From the NCBI GenBank assembly GCA_013265495.1, contig MU058384.1, positions 5,762,792-5,826,791 of the forward strand: a DNA stretch of 64,000 nt. The letters run 5' to 3'. A program made the position numbers and the translations under genes. This document shows, piece by piece, positions 38,417 through 50,275 of the stretch; position 1 is the first letter of the stretch, and each line of letters starts with the position of its first letter. Source of the stretch: Vicugna vicugna. Taxonomy: Eukaryota. A model generated the notes under the pieces. It saw nothing but the letters and a program-made list of their open reading frames with translations. It was not told where the DNA came from and did not search any database.

Positions 38417-41400
38417 TAGGTGCTTTCTTACAATTTTCCAATATGAGTTGGATGTTAGGCCTGCCTGCTCCTCATGCAAACTTCAAGTCTCAAGTTCCAA
38501 CTCATGCAAACCTCCCTCTTTCTTTCCATCTATCATTGATCTATTTCAGAAAAGAATTCAGAAATGAGAAGACTGTCATAAAAGACGCACATTGATGTGG
38601 CTATTTGAACTGAAGAATGAGTTTAAATATCTCCTGGTGGAAAATAAGTTATCGCTTGACCATTTGGTCTGACACTGACAATGATCATAACGTGACAGAT
38701 GTCATCCACGGATCAAATCTATAGTTCCTTGTTTTTATTGAATGTGTTTTAAGTATATATACACTGTATGGTACCCTGGAAAATATAGACTTTGCAACTA
38801 TTTAAATTTATGGTAAAACACCTAGATGTCAGCTTAAAAATATATAAAGAGACTCAGAGTTTTTCAAGAGTTTTACCAATGTTTTTTATGGTGTACTTGA
38901 GCAAAAAGGTTTGATGGCTACCTCCTTGACGCAACTGAGTGAAAGAGCAAAGCAAATCTGGCTTCAGTTACTCTTCAGGACATCATTGTAGGACAAGTCA
39001 ATACTCTCATTCCCCAGAATAATCCAGAAAATACTTCCTCTGGTTCCTACTCATTGCTAACTAAGGCAGGGAAGTGTGCAATGCATATTAGGCTGATGGT
39101 TAAAATAAAATTTCTCTCAGAAGACTCACCAAAATATTTAATTACCTAACTCCCTGACCATAGCGAATGTGGCCATTCTATACGCTTTTAATTGCCCAGT
39201 ATGGTATTTAAATGTTTCAGCATGAAGAGAAGGAAATGGAAAGGAGGTACTTGAGAGAATAAGGAAGGAGAAAATTGCATGTACTAGGGCTTACTGCCAG
39301 GAAAGAAATGGAGGGGTAGAAGTGGCCTCATAAATGTTCTTTTTTTCTTTTCCTAGAGAAATTCTAAAGTTTTCCATTTGTTGTGAGCCACGCTGAAGAT
39401 GGTGACAATTTTAGATGTCAAGAATTCCATTAGAATTCCTTCCCAGAGCGAAGACCCTTTCATGCCCGGGGGAGCTTCAAGTGGTAGATTCTGTGATCCA
39501 GATTCTTCCTCCGAGCTCAGTGTAAGACAGAATGACCTAAGAATTCTGGAGACAGTGAGAGACAGTGAAAATTTTATGTGAACCCAAGGAGGCCATTTAT
39601 GACTCTAAAATAAATTGTCCTTATGAAACAGTATTTGCGTCTGGAAAACTGTAAAAAGATGGCTGTCCTACATAAGAAGAAGTAGTCTTGACCATAGGTT
39701 TCAGACTTTGAGAGTCCCGTTTAGAGAGGAAGGATACTAGAGTCAAAAGGAAAGTCAGGACAAGTGCATGAATGTAGTCAGATCATCTGGAAAGGTCTCC
39801 AGTTCTCACAAGGGCGCCTTGTTCCTTGTTCAACCCTGTCACCTTGCATTGGGCTGGGTGCTTAGTAAACACACCATAAATATTTGTGAGGATGAGTGGC
39901 TGAGTTTTTGAATGAACACCCATGTTCCCTTTACTCCAAGACCCAAGGACACCCAGGCAGGCACAGAGGCAGCACGGACAGGCAGCTAACCAGAGCCCCA
40001 AGACTGCACAGAGCAGTTGACAAGGGCAGCTCCCAGGACTGATGTGGTGCTCTCTTTTCCCGTTAGACACCGTCAGCTACTGTTGTACCCCAGACCCCTG
40101 GTCCCTTGGTCCCTTGCATCTGGAAATCTGCTCTTCCCTTTATCAATCAAAAGGGGGCAGCAGAGAAGAGTAAATTCAGGTTCCAGGCCTGCTGTGAGCA
40201 AAACCACCCCAGTCCCACAAATAACTTAATGCAGATTTCCCAAACTGTCTTCCTGAAAGTTCATGTTTTTTTTAAATTAATTTATTTTTTGTGTCGAGAT
40301 TGCGGATTAAAATTAAAGAATTTGGGATAAATCTACTTGAAAACTCTTTAGTGTCTATACTGAAAATTTTCTTAAATATAAAATGTTTTTTGGTGTCCCA
40401 AGAACAGCATATAATATGCGGGATTTCTCAAACTCACTTTTGAAAAATTCCTCAGAATGTCTGTTAACATCTCCAAGCTCCGTAGAAAACGAATTAGGAA
40501 GTGCTGTCCTACCAAAGCCATTCCCGTCTTAGTGCTGCAGTTGATTCTCTCCACTTTAAAGTATCAGCTCTCTTTGTCCTGAGAGACAGAAGGACTGGAA
40601 CATTGACTCCCATGGAGTAAACTGTCTAAAGATAGAACCTGAAAGATACAGATATACCCCTAATCATTTATATTCTTGGCGCTTTCTCTTCTCACCTTCT
40701 CTCCCGGTAGGTAAGTCCAGCTCCAAATTCATCTGAGAGTTAAAGATCTCACCAGGGGCCTCCTGTTGGGTGTGTGTCTTTGTGAAATGCTGAGTCAGGT
40801 CATGCTGTTGTAGAGGCTGGAGATTTGTGGACCTTTCTGTTTTATCGCCACGGGATCAGTTGCCAGTTCACTATCATATGATGCTTCCATCCTTATTTAG
40901 AAAGATTTGCATCAGTGAATAAATTATATTTATGTAACGCCTTAACAGTTTTCAAAGTGCTTTCAAATATTTTATCTGATGTTATCTTAACTAAAATCCT
41001 TTGAGACAGCTACGTTAGGGAATCTTGGGCTCTGGTCAACACTAACCCAAAATGAATCTGTTGCTCTGTTTTGGAGTGGTTTATAGAACCACAGGGAGAA
41101 ACAGGAAGAACAGAGTCTTGGTTGAAACCAAGAAAGTTCTGGGAAAATAGATTCTAGGTAATAAAGGGTGGTGCACTTTAAGTTGACAAGTCCACCAAAA
41201 TGGCATGTAATTTCCCAATAGAAAATTACAAGGATGTTGCCAGAAAGAAAGGAATTGGTCTGCATGGTAAAAAAAAAAAAATTAACAGCTTCAGGCAAAG
41301 CAAGTGTATGTTTTCCTACCTTGGAGATGAGGAAACAGCCTAGGGGGATTATTTGAATGGCCTAAACTCATGTGGATAATAAACAAAAAATACAACATTA

Positions 41401-42327
41401 GAATTTATATGATCTGATTCTTGAAGCAGTATTTTTTCCTATTATTACCCGTACTTCCCTGAAGCCCCTTGGATGCAATACGTCTATCATTTATTGAGAA
41501 TCACTGCGGCCAGATACTGTTCTAAATACTTGGTCAATACTAATACATTTAATCCTCATAGGAACCCTGTGAGATGGGTGCTAATTAGCTCGTTTTAGGC
41601 ATGAGGCATAAAGAGGTTCCAGAGCCTGTAAGTGGTGCGGCCAGCATTGAAACTGAGACTAGTCCTAGAATCTACCTTCACAGCGATGCTATAATGAAAC
41701 AACACAAGATCAGCTTTACTGTTTACACCCTCTTCTCCATCCTTTTCTCTGGGAGTTCTTTCTGCAGATTTTCAGGGAGTGACTCAAGGCTTCAGACACC
41801 ATGCTGGACTCTGGAGGAGTGGCAGTGAATACATGGTCACAACCTGCCCTCACAGTGGTGACAGTCTAGTAAGGAGAGCAGGTTAGGGAGTCATGACCGT
41901 GCTCTACGTTTCACCCTAGGTCAGCGTGGCCCTCTGTGCTGTGGAAGCTGAGGAGCGGGTACTTGGCCCAGCCTGGGGAAAGGGAGGTCAGGGAAGTCTG
42001 GAGCACCTGGCAAAGGAGGATGGGGAGGGAGGAGGGTGGGAGGGAAAAGATCGTGGCACCTCGTCCTTCAAGTACTGAAGGGCAAGTGTAAAACACGGCC
42101 AGGCCTTGGAGAAAGCCAAAGTCAAGACCATTCTCATGGGGCCTTAGAGTTCCACCTCTCTGCTTCACTCTGATTTCTCATTCTCCTACTCTTTTTCCAC
42201 CGAGCTTTCTCTCGTTTTGCACATCTTTTTTGCGCCCTCTGTCACAACTCTGGCTTGCAAGAATTTTGGCCTGCCATGGCCCTGACTCCAGGCCTCACTT
42301 CACATGAACCCAAATGTCCACCCACCA

Positions 42328-42815
42328 TTGGCGGATACCGTACAGTGGCCCTCTCAGCCTCCATTATACTCTCCTTCTTACTGGGTAGATTAGAAAACTA
42401 CATTTCCCAGACTCGCTTGCAGCCAGGCTGAAGACCTCAGTCAGACGCATCTGCATGAAGGCAGATATAATGGGGAGGCTATTTTCTCTGTCTTTTTGGG
42501 GAGTTTCTGTGAGCCAGTGGGATCAGGCAGAGGCAAGATTTTCCTCAGGCAGTGTTCTGACATCTCCAGTTTCTTGATGAAGGCAGTTGTGGGGACAGTT
42601 ACGGTCTGATCCCCAGATGAAAAGAATACATCTTGAATTCATTGCTCCATTAGGTGGCCTTAGAGATAGGAGCTCAGCTCTATATTATTCTGGGAGTCCT
42701 TTCTGAATACTTGGAATCTGATCTTTCAGGCCGTCCAAAGATTTTATAAGCCCCCAATTCCCTGTGTTAAATTCCTTCCTGCTTAAAATTCCCACACAGA
42801 ACTCTGACTGATACA
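42328..42815 (+). mobile_element. LTR33-like ERVL LTR
   Basis: AAAACTACATTTCCCAGACTCGCTTGCAGC...TTAAATTCCTTCCTGCTTAAA...CTGACTGATACA. Confidence 0.65.
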
Positions 42816-43429
42816 CAGACAGTCCCTAATTTAATTTAGAGAAAGAAGACCCCAAAGAGAGGATCCTGGTCCATCCTGTTGGTTCCCTGAGTATGAGAGC
42901 TCTATTCCTGGTTTAGTTAGTTGTGCTGGGGATGAGACTGGGGCAACCACAGCAAGGAGTGAGACAAGTGTCTAAAAGGGGATGAAGTCAAGGAGGTACT
43001 GATCAGCTGACCCTCTGTAGAGTCCAAGAAGGGACTATATTGCAGAGTTTGAGTGAGAAAGTGGCAGGAAATGGGTCCAGAGAAGTCAGCTGGAGCCAGA
43101 CCACGCTGGGCATTTTAAGTCTCATTAAGAAATTTAGACCAATTCTAAAGACAGCTGGAAACTGACAAAAGGTTTAAAACAATTGGAATCAGTTAAGGGT
43201 CTAGATTTTAGAAAAAAAAAAAAAGCCTTGGCTACAGTATGGAAAATGGGTTTGGGGGAGCAAGAAGGCAAACAGGGAGATCTGTCAGAGGTCACTGCAA
43301 CCATCCACGTAGGAGGTGGTGGGGTGGCCTGGATTTAGAGAGTGACAGTGGGCGTGGGAAGAAGGAAATTCATCTGAGATTTTTAGTAAGTACGGTCATC
43401 TGAGAAGCTCTCTATATCCCAACCATATT

Positions 43430-44251
43430 CATTGGGTCAGATCCAAATTCTGTAGGGCCAAAAGTTTATTAAAATTGAGGGGGGCTCCTATTTGCAAAAA
43501 TAGAAATATTCAATTAAGTATGAAAGTGAATATTTATTTAGATCAATTATAAATGTTTAAAAAGCTGCCAAGTATTACAAACATCCAGGCATTGCCTGAT
43601 CCATCTCTATAACACTTTTTTCTCCTTTCCTTTTCATGACACAATTTTTTTGGTGACGTTACTTTCTATAGAGAGAAGAGAAAGAATGCAATCTGTTCCC
43701 TGGCATGGCCCTCCTCCGTGACCCACATACTCTTGGCGCTGGGAGCTGTGTGACACAGACATTGGATATTGACAGACAACCTCCAGTCCTGCACCTCTTC
43801 CTCATCGTCCCACACGAGTGATAATGTGGAAAATGTGCAGCCTGAGTTGGCACAGTGGGTCGCAGGAGCATTCCAGGAAGTCCTTTCTTAACCAGGAGAG
43901 ATAGCAAGAGCTTAACTAGACACCAAAGTGCCTCTGAGTCATCCAAGTGAAACCCAAACCAAATATTTTTCCAACTTAACTGCCCCTAGGCAGTTAAGAT
44001 CCCAACTATTCCATGACCACTCCTAGGTCACCTACACAAGGAAAAAGTGACAAAAAGTATATCAGTGACAGGGTGCAATGAGTTAATGGTCTTAATTGAC
44101 TACAGTTAGATATTTAACGTTTGCAAACTCTATAAAAAGATATGATTCTATGAATGTATTGCTGGGCTCTGTCCATGGCCTTAGAAGGGCCAATGTGAGT
44201 GAAGTGCCCTGAAGCTTAAATGTTGTTAGTTTTGTGATTAACCTTCCCCTG
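43430..44251 (-). mobile_element. MER115/Zaphod-like hAT DNA transposon fossil
   Basis: Terminal ...GAAGGGCC...AGTGAAGTGCCCTGAAGCTTAA...CCCCTG matches the recalled MER115 end in antisense. Confidence 0.6.
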
Positions 44252-45879
44252 CACAGGTGAAAAAGGACTCAGCTAGATGGTTTAGGAGCCAGTCCTAACA
44301 TGGAGACTCTGCAGTCACGAACAAGTCCCGAATCCCTGCTCTGAGCTGATCTAGCAACCTTGAACACCGGGAGTGGCGGCCAGAACCACTGCACTGTCTT
44401 TGCTGGAACAGAGCCACCAAATCCTGCTGCCTTGTGCCATGAGATTCTGATGCAAAAATCCAGAGTATGTGATCTGCTTGGCAGAGCCTGAACTGAAGTG
44501 GACAGGAAGCCAGGAAAAAGGTGTTTCCAAATTCTGTATGGGAGACAGTGGATTTTCTATGCAATGCTCTTCTCATTGACCAGCAAGTAGGAGATGTAAT
44601 GAAGGTGGACCAGACTTCCCAGCCAATAAGCGTTGCTGTTGTCACATAGGATTGAGCAACTTGTTCTGCCATTACAGCAGAAGAGGAACCATAACCGCAA
44701 GGAAAGGCCTAGTCGTTGAACGACTCTCGGTGGGTGCCGCCATTCCAAGGAGCATGGTACTAGTGCTGAGGGAAATTCTAGAACTGGAAATAATTCATTT
44801 GGAAAAAATAGCTAACAGAATGGAGAAGGCTCCTCAGTTCCTGTAAGCAGAGCAAAAGTAGATATAGGCCAAACTGATAGACAATGCAGCGTAATTTAAA
44901 GAAAGATTATAATGTGAACCACCCCATCAATTGCACAAATGCATCTTTGTGCAAATTAGAAAAGGCTGCTCTTCATTGTAACATTTTCACTTTCGTTTTC
45001 TGGAAAATTTGTTTCATAAGGAAACAAACTTCTGCCGTCTATATGAATGGGAATGGATCATTTGTATTTGTATAATGTGTAAAGTGCACAATGGTCTATG
45101 GTAACCCTACCTTTGAAGACCTTTTCTTCAGATTTATACTTATCAGATACACAATAACAACATCAAGAAAACATATTTTTCAGAAAATACTTTTTTACAT
45201 GTGACTTACACATGATTAGGGCTAGTCTAAATTCCTTCTGTGACCTAAGAGTGCCATTTCAATGTATTTGTTATTTTCATTTTTTTCCAACTTCCCTTCT
45301 AGTCTCCACCAAGATGCATATATATTTTTTAAAATTGTCGCAGTAATCAGCATGCAATTTTCTACTCTGATTTTTCCATTTAAAATAATAGCAATAACAT
45401 TTTCTTATATTGCTACAGTGTCTTTCTTTTAATGAGTTCTTTTATAATTTTATGTCAAGTGAATATATCATAATGAATTTAACCACATTTCTTTTGTAAT
45501 TTGAGGACCTTTAATTGATATGATTGATAACAGTCTACACATAAAAAAATTTATATTTGAAAACTTTTAGAAAAAGGACTTATTTAGATAGTAGAAACAG
45601 GTAACATAATAAATCTTTCCCCAAAACTCACACCAAGGTGGATATTCTATTGGAGCATGGCTAATGAAGACCTGAACGTGTATCTGGATGTTTTTTTCTA
45701 AAGGTCATATTTCCCCATTTGTGTTTACACGGTAATGAACCATTTTAGGATTAAAATCTCAGGAGGTACATTCCACATAAACACAGTGTAATGGGACATA
45801 CCGCAGAGAAGCAACGGGGTGTAGTGAAAGTATGTGGGCTTTGGAATCAAGTGGACTTGGACCGCTGTGCTTTGAAATG

Positions 45880-46560
45880 TTATGTTCTGCAAAAAGACTT
45901 GTACAAGAATGCTCCTAACAGTTTTATTCGTAATAGCCAAAGCAAAGTGGCCCAGATGCCAATCAGTAGGAAAACGAATAAATAAACTATGCTATATTTA
46001 CCCAGGAAATACTAGTCAGCAATACACAGAATATACTCCTAATACACAGACAAACGTAGATGACTCTCAAAATTCTGCTCAGTGAGAGGAGCCTTACCCG
46101 GAGTACATGCTCTATGATATGAAGAAATAGAACACAGAAAGGCCACTGTGTGGGAAAAAACCAGAACACCGGTTGCTTTCAGAGGTTGAGATGGGAATTT
46201 AAGCAGAAAAGACATAAAGGGATTTTCTGGGATGATGGTCATGCTGCCATGATGATGGTCCTGGGAGATTTGGAGTATACATACATCTGTGCTTTTCTCA
46301 ATTTATATAATGGTACCCTTAGGATTTGTGCACATCCTTGAATGTAAAATGTCTCAAGGGGGGAAAAGAAAAGAACTTAAACAAATATTGAACTCAAGTT
46401 AATTATACACAAGTTACTTTCAAACGCATAGAAACTAAGATGGATCAATAGAGGCAGAGAGGGACTGAAATACAGATATACAGGTGAAAGGGTGAGAACA
46501 GTAAAATGTTGATTATAGAATCTAGTTTTCCTGTATAACTGAAAATGTTCCTGATGAAAC
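45880..46560 (+). mobile_element. L1ME-like 3' fragment
   Basis: AAAAGACTTGTACAAGAATG...TTTATTCGTAATAGCC...ATAAATAAACTATG...TTCTGGGATGATGG. Confidence 0.7.
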
Positions 46561-47114
46561 ACTGGAAAGTGTTGTTTTTTTTTTTTTTTCAGTCTGGGGC
46601 ATATTTCATAAACCTCTCAGTTTCAACTTCTGCAAAACAGAGGTAATAGTATTTACTTCACAAATTTGTTGTGACGTTTAAGAAAAATTGCCATTAAAGA
46701 CAAGCCTGGCATCTCCTAGTAGAGGTTTGGAGCCTTGTGAGGCTGCCTGCCTTCTCTTTCCTGCCCTCTTATTTGCCTTGTCAGTTTGGAGGCCATCATT
46801 CGTATTTTTGGATTTGGTAGCATTGCCCTGAGCAGGTGGTCTGAAACGGTATGTAGACGAGTTATTGGCATTCTGCGACACGAACTGTCTGTCTGCTGAT
46901 TATATATTACTTAAGTGGAGAAACAACTTTATAGCAATAGTAGCAGCTCAGACTCCATGAAGGAGGAACAGCCTGCGGTGATACTTGCTCTAAAGAGAGT
47001 AACAGAAAAGAGAGAAAAAGAACAATGTGTTACAGACAATTGTTAAATGGGTTTTAATATTCAAAAACTACAGTTATCCAGCTCACTGGAAGCTCCGATT
47101 GTGAGTGCTTATTT

Positions 47115-47480
47115 AGTTAACACATATTTATTGAGGGTCTACGGCATGCCTGACACTATGCTGGGAGCTGGGGAGACAGAGGTGAACGGATGCCCAGGAC
47201 GGACATAGGCAACTGCCCCCGAGAAGCTTACGTTGTAGTAATGCTAAATTTAGTTGGATTTACAGGAACCAGTCTGTGAGCCAGCAAATATTTACTGGGT
47301 GCTCACTCTGTGCCAGGCCCTTGGACTATCACAATGACCCAGATGGACATGGTCCACAATCCCTTGGAGCTTTGCTAGCCAGCAGAAGAGGCAGATTTAA
47401 TCAAATCACTGCACGTAACTCTGACAAAACTGTGACATTATAAGTGCACAAAATACTGTGAAGGAGAAGTACGGAGTTCT
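47115..47480 (-). mobile_element. Two L2 3'-end fragments
   Basis: CATATTTATTGAGGGTCTAC... and CAAATATTTACTGGGTGCTCACTCTGTGCCAGGC. Confidence 0.65.
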
Positions 47481-48544
47481 TCAGGAAATTTAGGCAGGAG
47501 AATGTTCCCCTTTAGCTGGGCTGAAAAGAATCTTTCTCCAAACCTTTTCTCGGGGTTAAGAGAGGAAAGCAAGCACAGAGCAGAGACAGGGAAAGCCAGT
47601 GGCCCACATCAGGTCACCGATGGAATGAACACAGAAGTAGGTGCGCCAGGAGCCATGTGGCTGGTCACATTTGTGCTCGTTCCTTTTGATTTCTTGTTGA
47701 TTTCCGCCTGAGGGGTTCCGGTACGGCTTGGCCATAGAAAGCAAAGTGAGAATTGTTGAATTGCTCTTTGCCATGGTAAGGCATTCTGGAATGAGGTTTA
47801 TCTTCTGCCTGCTCAAAGACTGCAGTAAACACCCCAATACCATGTCCAGGGTGCCAAGAAGCTGCTGGAGACACAGAGTCTGAGATCATTAAACAAAGCA
47901 ATTATATGACTGAGCCATGGCAAGAACATGCCCCCCAACTGAGGTCATGGATTTCCAGCAGAGAGAAGATGGAAGCCAAGAGAGTACAGAGAGCTGATGA
48001 GAATTATGTGTGTCTCACAGATAAAAACTGTTGCTCCTACAATGGTAACACATCCCGGAAACAAATAAAAACCAAAACATCACTGCACAACACATTCTTT
48101 GTTGGGACAAGCTAATATGTTGGGTTCTGAACTACACACCTCTTATTCAGAAGGGGGCTGGGCTATGCTTGGAGAACTTCCATTTTCCAGCACAAGCAGC
48201 AGACATACCACAGGTGCATAATAAATACTAGTATAATTAACACAGGTTTGTTTCCCTTTGCTACCTGATCGCATGAAGGAATATCTAGTGAAGTATCTAG
48301 TGCTGAGCAAAGGGATGTACAAATCAGAAGTTTGTTTCGAGCCGAGCAGCGTTAGGATCCAGCCAAAAGGCCGATGGTTCAGTTTCTGCCGACACAAGCA
48401 CAAACTCACTTCTCGGTCCAGAGGAATGACTAGGACCAAAAGCCGTATTTCATGGCATCTTCTGAAGGTCAAAAAGGGCTGAAAGTGAAGGAAACCACGA
48501 AAATCAGAGAAGAACAAGGCTGGAAAGTTAGGTGAGCTATGAGA

Positions 48545-48720
48545 CCACCCGGCTTCCCAGTCTCAGCTCTGCCACTGACTTGCCGTGAGTTTTGAGGCAA
48601 TGCACTTAATCTCCACTTTCTATTCTGTAATATGGGTACCTGCCTAGCAGGTCTGTTTATTTGTTTTCCAAGAGAATCATTTGAGTTCATGCCCTTGGCA
48701 CAATTTCTGACATAATCAGC
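48545..48720 (+). mobile_element. MIR SINE
   Basis: CAGCTCTGCCACTGACTTGCCGTGAG...GGCAATGCACTTAATCTC...CTGTAATATGGG. Confidence 0.65.
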
Positions 48721-48813
48721 GTTCCATACATTTTAGTTTTCACTCCTAATGATTTTTCTAAAGTGATCCCAATTTCCTAAAATTTTTCAATAAATATGAT
48801 TTGCTAAATATTT

Positions 48814-48913
48814 TTTCTTCTCTTTCTTTTCTTAATGAAGGTACTGGGAATTGAACTCAGGACCTCATGCATGCTAAGCATGCACTCTACCACTGAGCTA
48901 CACCCTCCCACCT
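48814..48913 (-). mobile_element. vic-1-type SINE, short form, ~1 kb upstream of the SLC2A12 ATG
   Basis: tRNA-Ala head followed directly by an A/G-rich tail; degenerate TSD TGATTTGCTAAATATTT / TGATCTGTTAAGTATTT. Confidence 0.88.
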
Positions 48914-49851
48914 TGATCTGTTAAGTATTTAACTGAAGGTAAAAATGCCAGAACTCTATAAGACCTTTTACATAAATATACTCACAAATCAGAAAAAAAA
49001 AAAATCCTCCTCCTCCTGCTCTGATTTTGTTTCATATTGTGTGATCACCACACCCACACAATGGGCCATTTAGTGTGGTCTGTCTGAATTAGAAATACCC
49101 CCGTCCTGCAATTGGGCTATCACAGAACCCGACAGAAGTTTCAACTCTGTCTGTTTATTCAGACAACTCTGAATAAACAAACGGGATCACGTTGCTGTAA
49201 CCCCAGAGTATAAAAAATCCAAAGAACCTGCGCCTTCTATGCTTGTGCATGTTTGGTCTCGGGCCCTGATTTGTCTGACCCGCCTTGGAGAGAGAGTATA
49301 TACCACATTCAGGAAGGGCAGAATCAGGTTGGAAAAAATGAAGATGTTTCATACTTTGTTGAAGCTGCTAAGTGTCACGACTCGTGGAATAACAGTCTTA
49401 CTGAAAAATTGACACACTTTCCCTGCTGGTATGTCTTTGCATAAATTGTTCCTCCCTCTGCAAGATTAGCTAATACCATCTGTGAGTATTCTGGGCACTC
49501 ACTCTCTGTTTGCGCTTGAATCTGCACGTTTCCCCCCACCCCCCTGCCTCTTTTCAAAGGTGCAGGAAGAGGAGAGCTGCCCCCGCCCAGCTAATGGCCA
49601 AACGCTGTCAGAGCACGAGCTCGGAGCTCTGGTTCCCAAGCCTCGAAACCCTTTGCTTCCAACTCTGCATCTGAAGGCAAAAACAATCCTCCGAGATTCG
49701 GCCCTCCCACTGCCTGTGATAGGCTGCTTGGAATAGCAACAGCCTGTGTCACCGAAAAGGGCAAAGCTTTCGGAAATAGAAACAAAGTTGGTCACAAATC
49801 ACATTGGCTTTGCCCGGTTCCCCCCCCCCCACCTTTCTTTAGCATGCGACC

Positions 49852-49920
49852 ATGGGGCAAGTGACCGCTGCTGTCAGTGGGGGAAGTTGGGGTGCTTTGG
49901 TGCCGAGGGAACGGCTGTAA
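49852..49920 (+). other. Upstream ORF (22 aa, [22 protein letters not shown]) in the presumed SLC2A12 5' leader
   Basis: accATGg context; stop TAA ends 13 nt before the main ATG. It is a uORF only if the TSS lies upstream of 49852. Confidence 0.5.
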
Positions 49921-49933
49921 CTTCTACGTGACC

Positions 49934-50048
49934 ATGGTACCTGTTGAAAACGCAGAGGGCCCCAGTCTGCTGAAACCCAAGGGGCGAGCAGCGGAGACGG
50001 ATGGCAGCGACAGAGCCAGCGGCGGCCGGCATCCTCCCTGGGCGAGAG
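49934..50048 (+). CDS. SLC2A12: SLC2A12 (GLUT12, facilitated glucose transporter 12), coding exon 1 (38 codons + 1 nt, phase-1 intron follows)
   Basis: accATGg Kozak at 49934. Translation [38 protein letters not shown](G) matches the recalled GLUT12 N-terminus (human MVPVENTEGPSLLNQKG...[12 protein letters not shown]). Donor AG|GTAAAG at 50048/50049; lies in a CpG-rich island. Confidence 0.95.
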
Positions 50049-50111
50049 GTAAAGCGAGGCAGCTGGGCTCGGGTGACCGCGAGAGAAGCCAGCTGGTCGC
50101 CTGTCTCACTC

Positions 50112-50144
50112 GTGTGCGTGTGTGTGTGTGAGAGAGAGACACAC
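50112..50144. repeat. Compound (TG)n(AG)n microsatellite at the start of intron 1
   Basis: GTGTGCGTGTGTGTGTGTGAGAGAGAGACACAC. Confidence 0.85.
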
Positions 50145-50221
50145 GTGAGCGTGCTAGGTGTCTGGAGAGAAGGGGACAGGATTTGGTTGCAGGAGTGACA
50201 AGGAGCCTTAATGTGAAGACT

Positions 50222-50275
50222 GAGTCCCACTGATAATAAGCCGGGTCCCACCACTAATAAGACGGGTCCCACCAG
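50222..50275. repeat. 21-bp tandem repeat x~2.5 (TAATAAGMCGGGTCCCACCAS)
   Basis: Units start at 50234 and 50255, with a degenerate partial unit upstream. Confidence 0.85.

Noticed and set aside
38471..38511. Two CTCATGCAAAC copies 30 bp apart as octamer sites
   Set aside because: Both deviate from ATGCAAAT; most likely a small local duplication.
47019..47033. AGAACAatgTGTTAC as a GRE/ARE
   Set aside because: The second half-site lacks the required C (TGTNCY).
1..49400. SGK1 exons, processed pseudogenes, CRISPR-like arrays or any multi-gene novel system
   Set aside because: No kinase-like or other recognisable coding sequence and no repeat-spacer array; this is eukaryotic intergenic DNA dominated by old transposons.
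49877..50131. 84-aa ORF as the complete product
   Set aside because: It starts at a GTG and reads through the splice donor; only 49934-50048 matches GLUT12.
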